Shown: positions 1 to 24,131 of the stretch, piece by piece
How the letters are laid out: each line of letters begins with the position of its first letter
Numbering within the stretch: position 1 is the stretch's first letter
Source: the human T2T-CHM13v2.0 reference genome, Homo sapiens
Strand: one strand, 5' to 3'
DNA: 64,000 nt
NCBI RefSeq assembly: GCF_009914755.1
Contig: NC_060947.1
The notes under the pieces: generated by a model
Database searches by the model: none
What the model was told of the DNA's origin: nothing
What the model saw: only the letters and a program-made list of their open reading frames with translations
Made by a program: the position numbers and the translations under genes

Positions 1-157
1 CAGGCGTGAGCCACTGCACCCAGCCAATTTTGTATTTTTAGTAGAGATGGGGTTTCTCCATCTTAGTCAGGCTGTTCTCGAACTCCCGGCCTCAGGAGAT
101 CCGACCGCCTTGGCCTCCCAAAGTGCTGGGATTACAGGTGTGAGCTACCACGCCAGG

Positions 158-389
158 GATAATTTTGAAGTGTGCTCCACTCAGTCTCCCCAGCTATCCC
201 CAGCAGGGGATTGTGAACCAGTTGCCCACAGGGGTAACCAGCTCATAAACACACCATTGGTTTTCTCCCTGCCCTGTCTCACCTCCCCTGCTCTCTCACA
301 TCTGACACCTGGGGTCATGTCCCAAATAAACCACCTGCACCCAAGTCCTTGTGTCAGCGTTTGCTTTTGGGGGAATGCAAACTAAGACA
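158..389 (+). mobile_element. ERVL LTR 3' part (LTR16-like)
   Basis: cccaaataaaccacctgcacccaagtccttgtgtcag...aaactaagaca terminus. Confidence 0.65.
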
Positions 390-937
390 ATCGAGATGTG
401 AATGGGGGCTCTGGGAGCACAGGGGAATGGCCTCCAACCCAGACCGGCTGGATCATGTTTTACCAAACAAAAAACCTTTTACCAAACAGAAAGCCTTGAA
501 CCAAGTCAGATATGAAGCCTGAGTTGGTCAGGCACAGAAGAAGGAGGAGGGATTAGGTTCCAGGGGGAGGGACCTACAAAGGGGAAGGGCACGCCGGTGT
601 GAGAAATGCTGTAGAACGGCACAGTTCCGAAGGGCTGGACTGCAGGGTATTAATATAATCCCAACCATTGTCAGGGTGGGCAGGGCCAGATCTTTCGTGC
701 AGCTAGGTCTGGAGTCCATGCCATATTCTGTTTTTTTTAAGTTTATATATATACATATATTTTTGAGATGGAACGTCACTCTGTCACCCAGGCTGGAGTG
801 CAGTGGCACAATCCTGGCTCACTACAACCTCTGCCTCTCTGGTTCAAGTGATCCTTTCACCTCAGCTTCCTGAGTAGCTGGGACTACAGATACGTGCTAC
901 CATACCTGGTCAATTTTTGTATTCTTAGTAGAGATGA

Positions 938-1102
<165 letters not shown>

Positions 1103-1125
1103 TAGGCTGCAATGCAGTGGTGTGA

Positions 1126-1605
<480 letters not shown>

Positions 1606-2298
1606 TAAACGAAAGTTTAGAAATCTTTCAACAAACATTAAAACAACAACAACAACAACAACAAAACACATTTCCACCCTAACTTGCAGCAGTAAATATC
1701 GATGGGGCACCTAGTGTGTGCCAGGTGGGTGTACAGGCAGCACCAGAACCCGGCAGGGAGTCGTTCTCACAGGGGGTGTCTCTGTGCCTGTCTGCAAGTG
1801 GACATTTGCCTGGAAATGAGCCATAGTGTTGATACCAAGTAGAAGAGAAAGATTCAGCTGAACAGAGGGGAAATGGCAGTAAATCTTGCTCTACCCTTTT
1901 CCATCTTGCTCCCTTCCTCTCTCCTCCTTTCTCTCTCCCTCCCTTCTTTCCCGCTCTTTCCTTCCATCCTTCCTTTGTTACTATTATTTTCTGAGACAGG
2001 GTATTGCTCTGTTGACCAGGCTGGAGTGCAGTAGCATGATCTCGGCTCACTGCATCCTTTGCTTCCTGGGTTCAAGCCATCTTCCTACCTCAGCCTCCTG
2101 AGTAGCTGGGACTACAGGCATACACCACCACACCTGGTCAATTATTTTATTTTTTGTAGAGACAGGGTCTTGCTATGTTGCCCAGGCTGGTCTTGAACTC
2201 CTGAACTCAAATGATCCTCTCACCTTGGCCTCCTGAAGTGCTGGGATGACAGGTGTGAGCCACCATGCCTGGCCTCCTTCCTTCCTTTAAAGAAACTA

Positions 2299-2610
<312 letters not shown>

Positions 2611-3026
2611 CTACATTCTCTTCAAGAACCCACAGGGGCAGAACTACTCTTGTTTTTTGTGTGTGTATTGTTCTGAACAGGTAATACATACATCTTCTCT
2701 GTTCTCAGATGAGAACAGATAACCTGGAAACAGTACCTCTCCTTCCTGGGTCCCTCCCCAAAGGCAGCTGTCAGGACCAGTTTTTTGTTTATCTTCCAGA
2801 CACCTCCTGTGCATTCACCAACATATCTAATGACGTTTTACTTTTTTGCCCCATCTAAATAGCATTCTATACACTATCCTAAACCTTACAGTTTTACCTG
2901 TAAGTAATTCCTGGAGAACTTTCTGTTTCGATATCTCTGGAGTGGCCTCATTATGAGGGCCGCACCATCATGTATTTGGCTATCCTACTATTGATAGCTA
3001 TTTATTTATTTATTTATTATTTTTGA

Positions 3027-3131
<105 letters not shown>

Positions 3132-3134
3132 TGA

Positions 3135-3314
<180 letters not shown>

Positions 3315-3444
3315 TGAATTTTCATAGATATTGCCAATTTGCCCTCCATGGAGGTCATATCTATTTACATGCCAAAAAATTCATGTAATCATTTAAATGC
3401 AATAAATGAATGCGCAGGTTTCTCCACACCCTTTTAAACACAGC

Positions 3445-3676
3445 AAATTAGATTTCTATTGCTACATAACAACCACAAACTCAGTGGCTTAAAACAACAC
3501 ACCCATTTATAAGCTCCCAGTTTGGGAGGTCAGAAGTCTGGCATGGCATGACTGGGTCCTTTGCTTAGAGTATCATAAGGTTAAAATCAAGGTGTTACCA
3601 GGCTGAGGTCTTGTTTGGAGGCTTCCAAGCTTGTTTTTGGTTTGTTTGTTTTTGTGGGGGTTTTTCTGTTTGTTTG

Positions 3677-3707
<31 letters not shown>

Positions 3708-4396
3708 TGAGACAAGGTCTGGCTCTATTACCCAGGCTAGAGTGCAGTGGTGCAATCTTGGCTTACTGCAACCTTCGCCTCCAGGGTTCAAGCCATCCTC
3801 CCACCTTGGTCTCCCAAGTAGCTGGGATCACAGGCACGCACCATCATGCTTGGCTACTTTTTGTATTTTTTGTAGAGATGGGGTTGCCCAGGCTGGTCTC
3901 AAACTCCTGACCTCAAGTGATCTGCCTGCCTTGGCCTCTCAAAGTGCTGGGATTACAGGTGTGAGCCACCGCACCTGGCCCTAAACTTGTTTCTGTTGTT
4001 AGTGGAATTCAGTTCCTTATGGTTGTAGGACTGAGGTCTGAATCTCCTTGTTGGCTGTTAGCCAGGGGCCTGCTCTCAGCTCCCGGAGATAGCCACATTC
4101 CTTGCCATGTGGGCCCCTCCCATCCTTAAGGAAAAAACAGTGCATTGACTCCTTCTTGTGCTTTGGATCTCTGACTTCCCAGTCTCCAACATCTAGGCCC
4201 AGATTTAAGGGGCCCATATAATGAAGTCTGGCCCACTTGGATAATCTTAAAGTCACCTGATTGGGGAATTAATCACATCTGCAAGATCCCTTTGCAGCAC
4301 CACCCAGATTAATGTTTGGGTGAATAACTGGGAAAAGGTGCCTGTACACCAGGCAGTGGGAATTTAGGGGCCTATCTTAGAATTTTGCCTACCACA
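3445..4396 (-). mobile_element. MaLR LTR (MLT1D/E-like) split by an Alu
   Basis: accacaaactcagtggcttaaaacaac start and tcttagaattttgcctaccaca end. Confidence 0.8.
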
Positions 4397-5397
4397 CACA
4401 ATGTTATCAAACTTTTTGATATTTGCGAATGTGAGAGATGAAAACAGAACTTTTTTTTTTTTTTTTTTTTTGAGACGGAGTTTCCCTCTTGTTGCCCAGG
4501 CTGGAGTGCAGTGTTGTGATCTCGACTCACTGAAACCTCCAACTCCTGGGTTTGAGTGAATTCTCCTGCCTCAGCCTCCTAAGTAGCTGAGACTACAGGC
4601 GTGTGCCACCACACCCGGCTAATTTTTGTATTTTTAGTAGAGATGGGGTTTCATCCTGTTGGCCAGGCTGGTCTTGAACTCCTGACCTCAGGTGATTCGC
4701 CTGCCTCGGCCTCCCAAAATGTTGTGATTACAGACATGAGCCACTGTGCCTGGCTGAAAATGGAACTTATTGAGTATTTCTCTTATTATGTCTGTGAATC
4801 GTATTTTATATTTAAGACCTATTTGCACTGTGATTTTTTGGTTAATGATATCTGCGTATATTCTTTGCTACCCACTTTTTTTTTTTTTTTTTGAGACAGG
4901 GTCTTGCTCTGTCACCCAGGCTGGAGTGCAGTGGTGCTGTCACAGCACACTGCAGCTTCGATCGCCCCCCTCAGCCTCCCGAGTAGCTTGGACTACAAGG
5001 GAACGCCACCACACCCAGCTAATTTTTCCATTTTTAATGAGACAAGGTCTCGCTCTGTTGCCCAGGCTGGTCTTGAATTCCTAGGCTCAATCGATCCTCT
5101 TACCTCTGCCTCTCAAAATGCCAGGATTACAGGTATGAGCCACCGTGCCTGAATCTGTGCTCCTTCTTCTACTGAGTTTTTGGTCTTTTTCTCCTTTTTA
5201 TTCCCTTATTAATTAGAAGAGCTCTGGCCAGGTGCAGTGGCTCATGCCTGTAATCCCAGCACTTTGGGAGGCCAAGGCGGGCGGATCACCTGAGGTCAGG
5301 AGATCAAGACCAGCCTGGCCAACATGGCGAAACCTTGTCTCCACTAAAAATACAAAACTTAGCTGGGCATGCTGGTGGACACTTGTAATCCCAGCTA

Positions 5398-5893
<496 letters not shown>

Positions 5894-6375
5894 TTATTTT
5901 TTGCGATGGAGTCTCACTCTGTCACCCAGGCTGGAATGCAGTGGCATGATCTCGACTCACTGCAATTTCTGCCTGCTGGGTTGATTCTCCTGCCTCAGCC
6001 TCCTGAGTAGCTGGGATTACAGGTGCATGCCACCATGCCTGGCTAATTTTTGTATATTTAGTAGAGATGGGGTTTTACCATGTTGGCCAGGCTGATCTCA
6101 AACTCCCAACCTCAAGTGACCCGCCTGCCTTGGCCTCCCAAAGTGCTGGGATTACAGGCGTGAGCCACCGCGCCTGGCCGGGTTAATTCCTTTTAAAAGC
6201 CTTTGCAGGGCGGGCATGTGGCTCACGTCTGTAATCCCAGCATTTTGGGAGGCTGAGACGAGCAGATCACCTGAGGTCAGGAGTTCGAGACCAGCCTGGC
6301 CAACATAGTGAAACCCTGCCTCTACTAAAAATACAAAAATTAGCCAGGCATGGTGGCACGCACCAGAGCTACTCA

Positions 6376-6579
<204 letters not shown>

Positions 6580-7859
6580 CTATCTATCATTGATAGCCCA
6601 ACCTCAAAGAAGACTGTCTAAACTATTGGTTAACCTCAGATCTGCTGATCTGACCCCTCCTCATGGGAAATCCCTCATGCTTCCACATGATATATATCCT
6701 GTAAGTATTCAGCATCATCTATAATGACAGTGGTTCTGCTTTCCAAATGGGAAATCTGGTCACGAAATCTGACAAGCATTTTTGTATTTAATTTGTGACT
6801 TTAGCAAGTTGGCTTGATGTTCAAACCCTCACTCCATCATTTGGTTTTAAATATATATATTTTAAATATTATATATATATATGTATATATATCTGTCTCT
6901 CGTAGCAGCTGTGAAAGCAGATTACTTCCTAGTCTGAGTCTTGAGTTTCTTTATCTGTAAAATCAATCAGGATGATAATGCTTGTCTCCTAGCGTTGTCA
7001 GGATTGAATGAAATAAAGCACTTAGTTCATTATCAGTGTTCGACCTGTGTTAGTCTCGTCGGTCCTGTGTTTATATGAAAAGTCTTGGCAGAGCGCGGTG
7101 GCTCACGCCTGTAATCCCAGCAGTTTGGGAGGCTGAGGTGAGTGGATCACCTGAGGTCGGGAGTTCGAGACCAGCCTGACCAACATGGGAGAAACCCCGT
7201 TTCTACTAAAAATACAAAATTAGCCAGGCGTGGTGGCACATGCCCAGCTACTTGGGAGGCTGAGGCAGGGAAATCGCTTGAACCTGGGAGGTAGAGGTTG
7301 CGGTGGGCCTAGATCGCGCCATTGCACTGTAGCCTGGGCAACAAGAGTGAAACTCCATCTCAAAAAAAGAAAAGAAAAGTCTTATGAATAAAATCGAATT
7401 TAGTTATATATTTAATATATGACCTACAGTGAAATGAAAAATTAAATGCATATGAAATAATTAAAATGCATATGAAATTCAGCAATAAAACACATGCTAA
7501 ATAGTACATTATTCATGTTGTCATTTTTGCCATTTACCATTATGAATTGAAGAGAAAATTATGTGGATCTCTCTCTCTACATCTTTGAAGAGCTCAGCTC
7601 TCTCAACAATTATTTGTTCTTTACAATTTCAAAAATATCTTGGCCTGTCTCTGAGTAATTAATTTGAATTCTTAGGAGAGGTTTTCAATGGTTAATTACT
7701 ATTCTTATCCCTCAAACTGGATAATCAACAAAAACAATCTCACTTCCCTGAAAGTGAGGAGGCCAATATCCTTGTGCTCTCATGATGAATGTCTTTACGT
7801 ATGTTCAACCATTCCTGACTTGGAGATGATGCTGTGTGTTCCTTTTTTATTTTATTTTA

Positions 7860-8493
<634 letters not shown>

Positions 8494-9639
8494 CTTTTTA
8501 ATTTTAAGTTCTGGGGTATGTGTGCAGGATGCGCAGGTTTGTTACATAGGTAAACGTGTGCCATGGTGGTTTGCTGTACCTGTCAACCCATCACCTAGGT
8601 ATTAAGCTCAGCATGCATTAGATATTTTTTCTAATGTGCTCCCTCCCCCTACCCCACTCCCCAAGAGGCCCCAGTGTGTGATTCCCCTCCCTGTGTCCAT
8701 GTGTTCTCATTGTTCAGTTCCCACTTATAAGTGAGAACATGCAGTGTTTGGTTTTCTGTTCCTGCATTAGTTTGCTGAGGGTAATGGATTCCAGCTCCAT
8801 CCATGTCTCTGCAAAGGACATGTTCTTGTTCCTTTTTATGGCTGCATAGTATTCCATGGTGTATATGTACCACATTTTTTATCCAGTGTATCATTGATGG
8901 GCATTTGGGTTGATTCCATGTCTTCGCTATTGTGAATAGTGCTGCAATGAACATACACATGCATATATTGTTGTAATAGAATGATTTATATTCCTTTGGT
9001 TATATAACCAGTAATGGGATTGCTGGGTCAAACGGTATTTCTGGTTCTAGATCTCTGAGGAATCGTCACACCATCTTCCACAATAGTTGAACTAATTTAC
9101 ATTCCCACCAACAATGTAAAAGCATTCCTATTTCTCTGCAGCCTCACCAGCATCTGTTATTTCTTGACTTTTTAGTAATCATCATTCTGACTGGAGTGAG
9201 ATAGTATCTCATTGTGGTTTTGATTTGCGTTTCTCTAATGATCGGTGATGTTGAGCTTTTTTTACACAGGCTTGTTAGTCACATGAATGTCTTCTTTTGA
9301 GAAGTGTCTGTTCATATCATTTGCCCACTTTTTAATGGGGTTGTTTGTTTTAATCTCATAAATTTGTTTAAGTTCCTTGTAGATTCTGGATATTAGACCT
9401 TTGTCAGATGGATAGATTGCAAAAGTTTTCTCCCACTCTGTAGGTTGCCTGTTCACTCTGATGATAGTTTCTTTTGCTGTGCTCTTTAGTTTAATTAGAT
9501 ACCACTTGTCAATTTTTGCTTTTGTTGCAATTGCTGTTGGCAATTTTTGTCATGAAATCTTTGCCTGTGCCTGTGCCCTGAATGGTAGTGCCTAGATTTT
9601 CTTCTAGGGTTTTTATAGTTTTGGGTTTTACATTTAAGT
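8494..9639 (-). mobile_element. 5'-truncated older primate L1 (about L1PA8-PA13)
   Basis: L1 3'UTR and frameshifted ORF2 pieces ([14 protein letters not shown]; [19 protein letters not shown]). Confidence 0.9.
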
Positions 9640-9650
9640 GTTCTTTTTGA

Positions 9651-10871
<1,221 letters not shown>

Positions 10872-12269
10872 AGTATTCATATTTTGAATAGACATGCCAG
10901 AGGTCTTAGTGGCATGTCCTTTATGGCTCATAACAGTGAAAATATTAATCTAATCAGTCAGTTAATTTCCACAGTAGAATGTAAAGTCCAAGAGCTTTCA
11001 TGTTAACTATAATGTTGTCATGAAATGACAGGAGCAACTTTTTATGTTTGAATTTAGATACATCTATATAAGAGAAAGTTTCACCCAACACTATTGGTTA
11101 ATTCTTTTGCAGTTTTGGAACAAAGTGTTTCCAGAGTTGTTCTACTTTTTGTTGGTGCTGATGAAAAAATGCAAGTTTTAACTATGTGAAAATTGATGCT
11201 TAGTACAATCTGAAACCATGGTTGTGTTAGATAATGATGTGAGCCGTTTAAAAGATAACTTTTTCTGATTAGAAAAGTACTCTTCCACTTTAACAGAAGA
11301 ATTTCATGAAAATCTTCACACACACAATAGAGGCTACAGAACTGGCGGAACTGCTGGTTTTGTTCATGAAGTCTGATTTCCTGCTGTAAAAAAGATTTAT
11401 CCCACTTTTCCACTGAGTACAGAATGGCATAGGGTCAACTTTGTAAAACTACATGTTCTTCTCATACCTTTTGTGCTCATTTTGACAGTAAAATAAAAAT
11501 CGCATTTAACTGTTTTCCCCGAACTCTTCAAACAACCTGGAACTGTTGACAAATTTAGCCAGACTGACTCACACACACCCCAATTGGGACAGCCAGTGGA
11601 AGCATTCCACCGGTCCCCAAGCCTTCAGTCGGTGGGGAGTCACCCCATGCCTCCCTGCCTCCCACTCAACTTGGCCCCTCTGAGTTCGGGCTCCTGATGC
11701 TGGGTTTTCTCTCTCATGTCTGGTCCTGCTGTTCCCCTTTGGTCTCCTCGAATGATCCCAGCTACCTCGGTCCTGGGCTCACCAGGCTCAGCTGGCTTGG
11801 CCTTGCCCCCGGCTCACTCTGCTCCAGCTGCGTCTTGCAGGTGCTCTGCACTGGCTTGGCTGTAGACGGAATCCCCAGCACTGGATTGTCTGGCCACTTG
11901 TCACTGAGACAGAGGTGCCAGGGACATGCCCTGCATTACAGGGATAGAGAAGAGATGGCTGTCAGGTCCCAGGGCCTGCCCTTGTTGGGGGTGCATACTA
12001 TCATCCCCCTGCAAGTATGTGCCCAAGCTGAGAACAGGCTTGGGCAGCTCTTAGGGCCTGGACATCCGCTTTTGACCACCGAGCCTCTGTGGGGAGCCAT
12101 CTGCTGGACTTTCTGATGGACCTGTCCCATCCTAGTGCCACAGTGACATCAAATAAGCCTCACTACCTGTGCTCAACAGACTGCCATCTGCCCTGCTTAT
12201 CAAAGAGCCTTTCTTCCTCCACAGGCCACTCTCTACCAGATTTCCAATGGAGGCTGCAGTTTTATATAA

Positions 12270-12430
12270 TTATAGCCTTCATTGAGTGTTTTCTGTGTGC
12301 CAGGCACTGCACTAAGCATTTTGCACAGATAATCTGCTTATGCCTAATTAAAACCCTGTGAGGTAGGTAGTATGTTCATCTCATTTCACAGATGAGGGAA
12401 CAGAAGCTTCTAGAGTTTCCATCACTGGAC
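12270..12430 (-). mobile_element. MIR
   Basis: tgtgccaggcactgcactaagcatttt...aaccctgtgaggtagg...catttcacagatgaggg. Confidence 0.75.
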
Positions 12431-12632
12431 AATAGTCACCACAGTTTTCCAATTCATGCCCCACAGCTAGACTGAATGACTCACCTGGCCCCACACTAAG
12501 TCATCATCCCCGAAGAGGCCAGCTGTAAATCTGCCTCCCTGTATCCAGAACATTCCATTCCTTGGACACTAGAACTTCCATCCTTATTCCCCCTGTGCCC
12601 TATCATAATGCCAGCTGCCTGTTAATATCTAG

Positions 12633-12985
<353 letters not shown>

Positions 12986-13130
12986 TAACAGCCCACTTCA
13001 GCTTTAAGGGAGGCCTATGGGATACCTTACAATATGGCCAGCAGACATTAGGCCCCAAGGAACAGAGTCAGAGAAAAGAGCCCAAGGCTCTCCCCCCTCT
13101 GTCCCCAACTGCTTCAGCTCTCCCAGTTGA

Positions 13131-14220
<1,090 letters not shown>

Positions 14221-15364
14221 TGTAGCCCAACCACCAGAAATACGAAGCAAGAGAACATGGTGAAGGAGGTACTCAGTTATGGCAGAGGCCCTGGCTAGCT
14301 CTATCTAATATGGGAAGATGAGATGGACCAGAAAAATCTTGAGGAAACCTGCCTTCCTTCTCAGGAAAAGGCAAAGGTCTTTTCTTTGACAAATTCAGAG
14401 CAGCTCTGATTCTGCCTTGCCCTGTCCAGCTGCCTAGAAAAGTTCATCCATGGCTTTTCCCCAGAAACCTTGTGGATGGGGCTGGTGCATATTTACCTCT
14501 CCATTGCTGTGGTGGCATCTACATCTTCAGCTCGGTCACTGGCTCCCAGCATGCCCCATTATTTTCTAGAACTCCCTCTTGGTGGCCCTGCCCCGTACTT
14601 GGCATGTCCAGTGATAACCTCAGGGCCCAGGGGACCTTGCCCCAAGTCATGGTCTCCTAACTTCATTCCCACCTCTGGCTGGCTTCAGTAAGGTTGTAGA
14701 GGAAGAAACCAGACTCTCTCCACAAAAGATGCTGTAGACCCCATCTGGGGTTGGGGCCTGTCTTCCTACGAAAGAACTATCTATGTCAGCAGTAGTACTG
14801 CCTCTGGCAAGTTGCTTCAAAAGTGAGCCTGAATCTCGGGAAGCGCCGGTGACTGTCCAGAAGGTTCTTTATTGTAGTCTTTTCCTCCCCTGGCCTGGGT
14901 GGGCCTACAACATGGGCTTCCCTAGGCGGCAAAGGGAGCTCCAAATCCACTATTGCCCTTGGCGTAAGGCTAAAGGGCCCTGCCCTGGGCCCCATGCTTT
15001 GGAGGCTGCCACACGCCACAAAAGTATGCGGAATACGTGTAGCAGAGATTGCCTGGGCACCTCTGCTATTTTGGGATCCAGTGGTCAGTTTTCCCTATAA
15101 CCCTGAGCTATGCCCTTCTTGGGATAGCCACTTCTATAACTAACACTGCTCAGACCCCACGGAAATACTTCTGCACAGCAGTTGCCTTATGTTCTTGAAA
15201 CAAAAGGCAGCTATTCATGGATGCTGTGAAGGTTTGTGGGCTGTGCCTCCGCAGATCTTGGAGATGACCCATAATTCGGAGTGCGGGGGAGGATTTCAGC
15301 TGCAGAAGGCTTAGGTGAAAGGAAAGACAAATTAAGTTGTCAAACCCTTCCTTTCAGATAGCAT

Positions 15365-15998
<634 letters not shown>

Positions 15999-16404
15999 TA
16001 AGTAGCTGGGATTGATTACAGGCACTCGCCAACACACCCGGCTAATTTTTTGTATTTTTAGTAGAGAGAGGGTTTCATCATGTTGGCCAGCCTGGTCTCG
16101 AACTCCTAACCTCAGGTGATCCATCTGCTGGGATTACAGGCGTGTAATCCTGGGATTACAGGCATGAGCCACCGTGCCCAACCAGACCTGGATAATTCAA
16201 ATGCTTTCTTTAAAGCTCAAGGCTTGGTCTAGCCATTCTACTTTGAGAATGCCACTGTTTCCTCCTTTCTTCTTTTTTGCCGATATTGCTATTATGAACA
16301 CAGATTACTTGATTAATTACAATCCTAAAAACTTTCTACTGTTTATAACTCTTCTTGGTTGGGAGACTGATTCATACAAACCCCAATAAATTTTAAGAGA
16401 ATTG

Positions 16405-16480
16405 ATCCAGTCATTCAATGACTATTTACTGAGTGCCTACAAAGTGCCAGGCACAGTTCTGGGAGCTGGGGTGACAGCAG
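16405..16480 (-). mobile_element. L2 3' end
   Basis: cattcaatgactatttactgagtgcctac...gtgccaggcacagttctggg. Confidence 0.65.
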
Positions 16481-16780
16481 CAAAGCTTTAATTCTCTGAA
16501 ATAAAAGATTTATAATTCGATCCGAAAAAAATCCAGAGAGGATGTAGGATGAAGCCAAAGGGAAGATGGTTGGGAATGAGGAGAAGCAGGAATAGAAGGT
16601 AGATTCAACTCTGGATTGATTTGGGATTAGTTTATTTTGTCTTATACCTAAGTCTCACTACCTATGAAACAATTTCAGTATGTTGTGCATAAGCTTATGC
16701 AACAAACCACATTTTAAATGGATAATTAGTAATATTACAATGAAATGCAATAATTTTTGAAATAGGTTTCTGGGACATAG

Positions 16781-17542
<762 letters not shown>

Positions 17543-17804
17543 ATAGGAATACTTGTGTTTAAAAATACATTTAAGAAAAGCTTCGGGCCAGGTGCGGTGG
17601 CTCACGCCTGCAATCCCAGCTCTTTGGGAGGCCGAGGTGGGTGGATCACCTGAGGTCAGGAATTCAAGACCAGCCTGGTCAACATGGTGAAACCCCGTCT
17701 CTACTAAAACAAAACAAAACAAAAAAACAAAAAGTAGCCTGGCATGGTAGTGCACGACTGTAACCCCAGCTACTAGGGAGGCTGAGGCAGGAGAATTGCT
17801 TTCA

Positions 17805-18275
<471 letters not shown>

Positions 18276-18994
18276 TCACAGGCTCACAGGGTAGAAGACC
18301 AAGAGTCACCTTCCCTAAGTGAGAAGTCCTCTGCAGATTTTGCATTGGTAGGCAATCTCAGCTTCTTGCACAGAGAAGGTTCTAGAATCTCCCTAAGCAT
18401 GGGGGTGGGGGCAGGAGATGTGATGGGGCACACCCTTATGAAGCGGAGAACTTGCCAGCTGCTGAAATAGAATAGAGTTCAGAGCTGAAAAGGGCAGGGA
18501 GGGTGGAGACACCTGGCTACCAGAAGAACAAAGTTCAGTCCAAGCCCAATTGTCCTTTCCTGGCCAGCTGCCAACCTGCTAGCCTAGGCATTCTAAACTT
18601 TAACATTTAGTAAAATGGTCTCAAATTGGAGAGAGAGTGTCTCTTCTCCTGGAGGAGTGGAAAGTGATGTTGTTCAGTCAGGCCGAGGTTAGCAACGTTA
18701 GCAAAGCCCTCTCTGTCCCTACCTGGTGGCAGGAAAGAGACAAGGAAGGTCTCAAAGATGGATGCCTTGCTACCTTCCTGCAGGCTTTGGGTCAGGTTTG
18801 GCTAAGCTATCATTAGCTGTTTCCTGGTTGATATTCAGCTGTAGCCGTGGTGGCACTTCCTACACAAGCACTGATTTTTCCTCATGTTTGTAAAACCGGG
18901 GCAAAACTTGGTAAACTTGCTCTTGCCAAAGTTCTGGATGCTTACTTCCCTTTTGAATTCTTTTTTTTTTTTTTTTTTGAATCTCACTCTGTAG

Positions 18995-19579
<585 letters not shown>

Positions 19580-19747
19580 TAATTACAGAATGATTTTTCC
19601 AGCATGGCCGCTCAGGAATATTTGGTAATATTAAACAATTTATGTTACTCTTGCTTTGGTATATATGTAGGTCTGGACCTAATGTGTGAAAGGTAAGACC
19701 AGTTTTTTAATATTGTTTTATTGTTACAAAATACTTAATAAGAATTA

Positions 19748-19936
<189 letters not shown>

Positions 19937-20309
19937 TCAGGCGGCTGAGGCAGGAGAATCGCTTGAACCTGGGAGATGGAGGTTGCAGTGAGCTGAATCG
20001 GGCCACTGAGCTCCAGCCTGGGCAACAGAGTGAGATTTCATCTCAAAATAAATAAATAAATAATAAATAAATAAATAAAAAGTATAAAATGTCAGCTTTA
20101 TTTAAATAATTTAGATAAAAATTTGATGTTTTATATTTGCTATTTAATTAGAATTTTTTATTGTAATAAGATACACATAAGATTTACCATCTTAATCATT
20201 TTAAGTGTACAGTTTAATGGTTTTAAGTACACTCGTGTGCAACCATCTGCACCATCAATCTCTAGAGCTCTTTTCATCTGGCAACAGTGAAATTCTGTAC
20301 CCATGAGAC

Positions 20310-20631
20310 CAAGGGTCCGAACCCCTGGGCCACAGACCAGTACCAGTCTGTGGCCTGTTAGGAGCTGGGCAGCATAGGAGGAGGTGAACAGCCGGCGATC
20401 GAGCATTACCGCTTAGATTCTCATAGGACTGCAAACCCAACTGTGAACTGCACACAAACCCTACTGTGAACGGCACATGTGAGGGATCTAGGTTGCACGC
20501 TCCTTATGAGAATCTAATGCCTGATGATCTGAGGTGGAACAGTCTTATCCCGAAACCATCCCCCCACCCGTCTGTGGGAAATTTGTCTTCCATGAAAACG
20601 GTCTCTGGTGCCAGAAATTTGGGGACTGCTG
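20310..20631. mobile_element. MER1B (hAT-Charlie MITE) inside an L1MB-like 3' fragment
   Basis: Typical internal gattctcatagga / tccttatgagaatc; 8-bp TSD CATGAGAC / CATTAGAC. Confidence 0.85.
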
Positions 20632-20698
20632 CATTAGACAATAATTCCTCATTTCCCCCTACCCTCAGCCCCTGGAAACCACTGCCATTTACTTTTAA

Positions 20699-21225
<527 letters not shown>

Positions 21226-21251
21226 TAGCCAGGATGGTCTCGATCTCCTGA

Positions 21252-21577
<326 letters not shown>

Positions 21578-22436
21578 TGATCCTCCCTCCTCAGTCTCCC
21601 AAAGTGCTAGAATTACAGGCATGAGTCACCACACTGAGCCAAAAATATTTTTGCAACATAAATAATTTAAATATTTTGATTTTTCCTACTTGCTTTATTA
21701 TTATTATTATTTGGGTTTTTTTTTTTTTTTTTTTTTTTTTTTGAGACAGAGCCTTGCTCTGTTGCCCAGGCTGGAGTGCAGTAGCACGATTTCAGCTCAC
21801 TGCAACCTCCGCCTCCCGGGTTCAAGCAATTCTCATGCCTTAGCCACCTGAATAGCTGGGACTACAGGCCTGTGCCACCACGTCCAGCTTATTTTTGTAT
21901 TTTTAGTAGAGATGGGGTTTCGCCATGTTGCCCAGGCTGGTCTCAAACTCCTGATCTCAGGCGACCCACCCACCTCGGCCTCCCAAAGTGCTGGTATTAC
22001 AGGCATAAGCCACCTCACCCAGCCCCTATGTGCTTTAATTTAAATTTTTGATGTAAATATATTTAAAATGTGTCCAATTTTAATACAATCTAAATTTTAT
22101 TTTAAAATCCTTTAGATAATTACTATGACCAGATCAGAAATCGTGACATTTTTTATTGTAGTAGCATAATTTGTGATTGTGTAAAATAAAGACAATGAAA
22201 TAAGCTTTATGGACTACATATGCTAATATATGAATTAGGTATATCTTTATTTTATTACTCATCCAAACTTCTAGAATACACAGACATGCACAAACATAAC
22301 TGATTCCAGTAGTCTTTGATATTTTACTGACTTTCAGCCAGTCATTGTGAAGGTGTATTTGTCAAGATAGGAGAATAGAACACGTTTTATTTATTTAAAA
22401 GTTTGTTAGTTTGGTGTATAATCTTAAAAATCTTTA

Positions 22437-22745
<309 letters not shown>

Positions 22746-23138
22746 TCACGGGGCGCGGTGGCTCACGCCTGTAATCCCAGCACTTTGGGAGCCCAAGCGG
22801 GGGCAGATCACTTGAGGTCAGGAGTTTGAGACCAGCCTGGCCAACACGGTGAAACACCGTCTCTACCAAAAATACAAACATTAGCCAGGCGTTGTGGTGG
22901 GCGCCTGTAATCCCAGCTACTCAGGAGGCTGAGGCGGGAGAATCACTTGAACCTGGGAGGTGGAGGTGCAGTGAGCCGAGATCGTGCCACTGCACTCTAG
23001 CCTGGTCAACAAGAGCGAAACTCCGTCTAAAAAAAAAAAAAAAAAGGGCCGGGCGCCGTGGCTCACGCCTGTAATCCCAGCACTTTGGGAGGCCGAGGCG
23101 GGCAGATCACAAGGTCAGGAGCGAGACCATCCTGGCTA

Positions 23139-23597
<459 letters not shown>

Positions 23598-23777
23598 CCC
23601 GGATTCTTCAAATGTAAGGAGCAGACTTGCCTGCAGTCTGCCCTAATCGGCCGAGAATTCTGACTGTAATTCAACTTTGTGTAACCTGATAGAGTTTTCT
23701 TTTAGTCTTCTTCATTGCAAAGTACAAAACAGAGAAGTGTCTAAAACTTACATGTGTGGTTTAACAGATGTTTCTAG

Positions 23778-24131
<354 letters not shown>

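Noticed and set aside
11697-12116. 139-aa ORF in non-repeat-looking DNA
   Set aside because: No recognisable homology, splice structure or poly(A)/TSD; kept only as part of the unassigned block.
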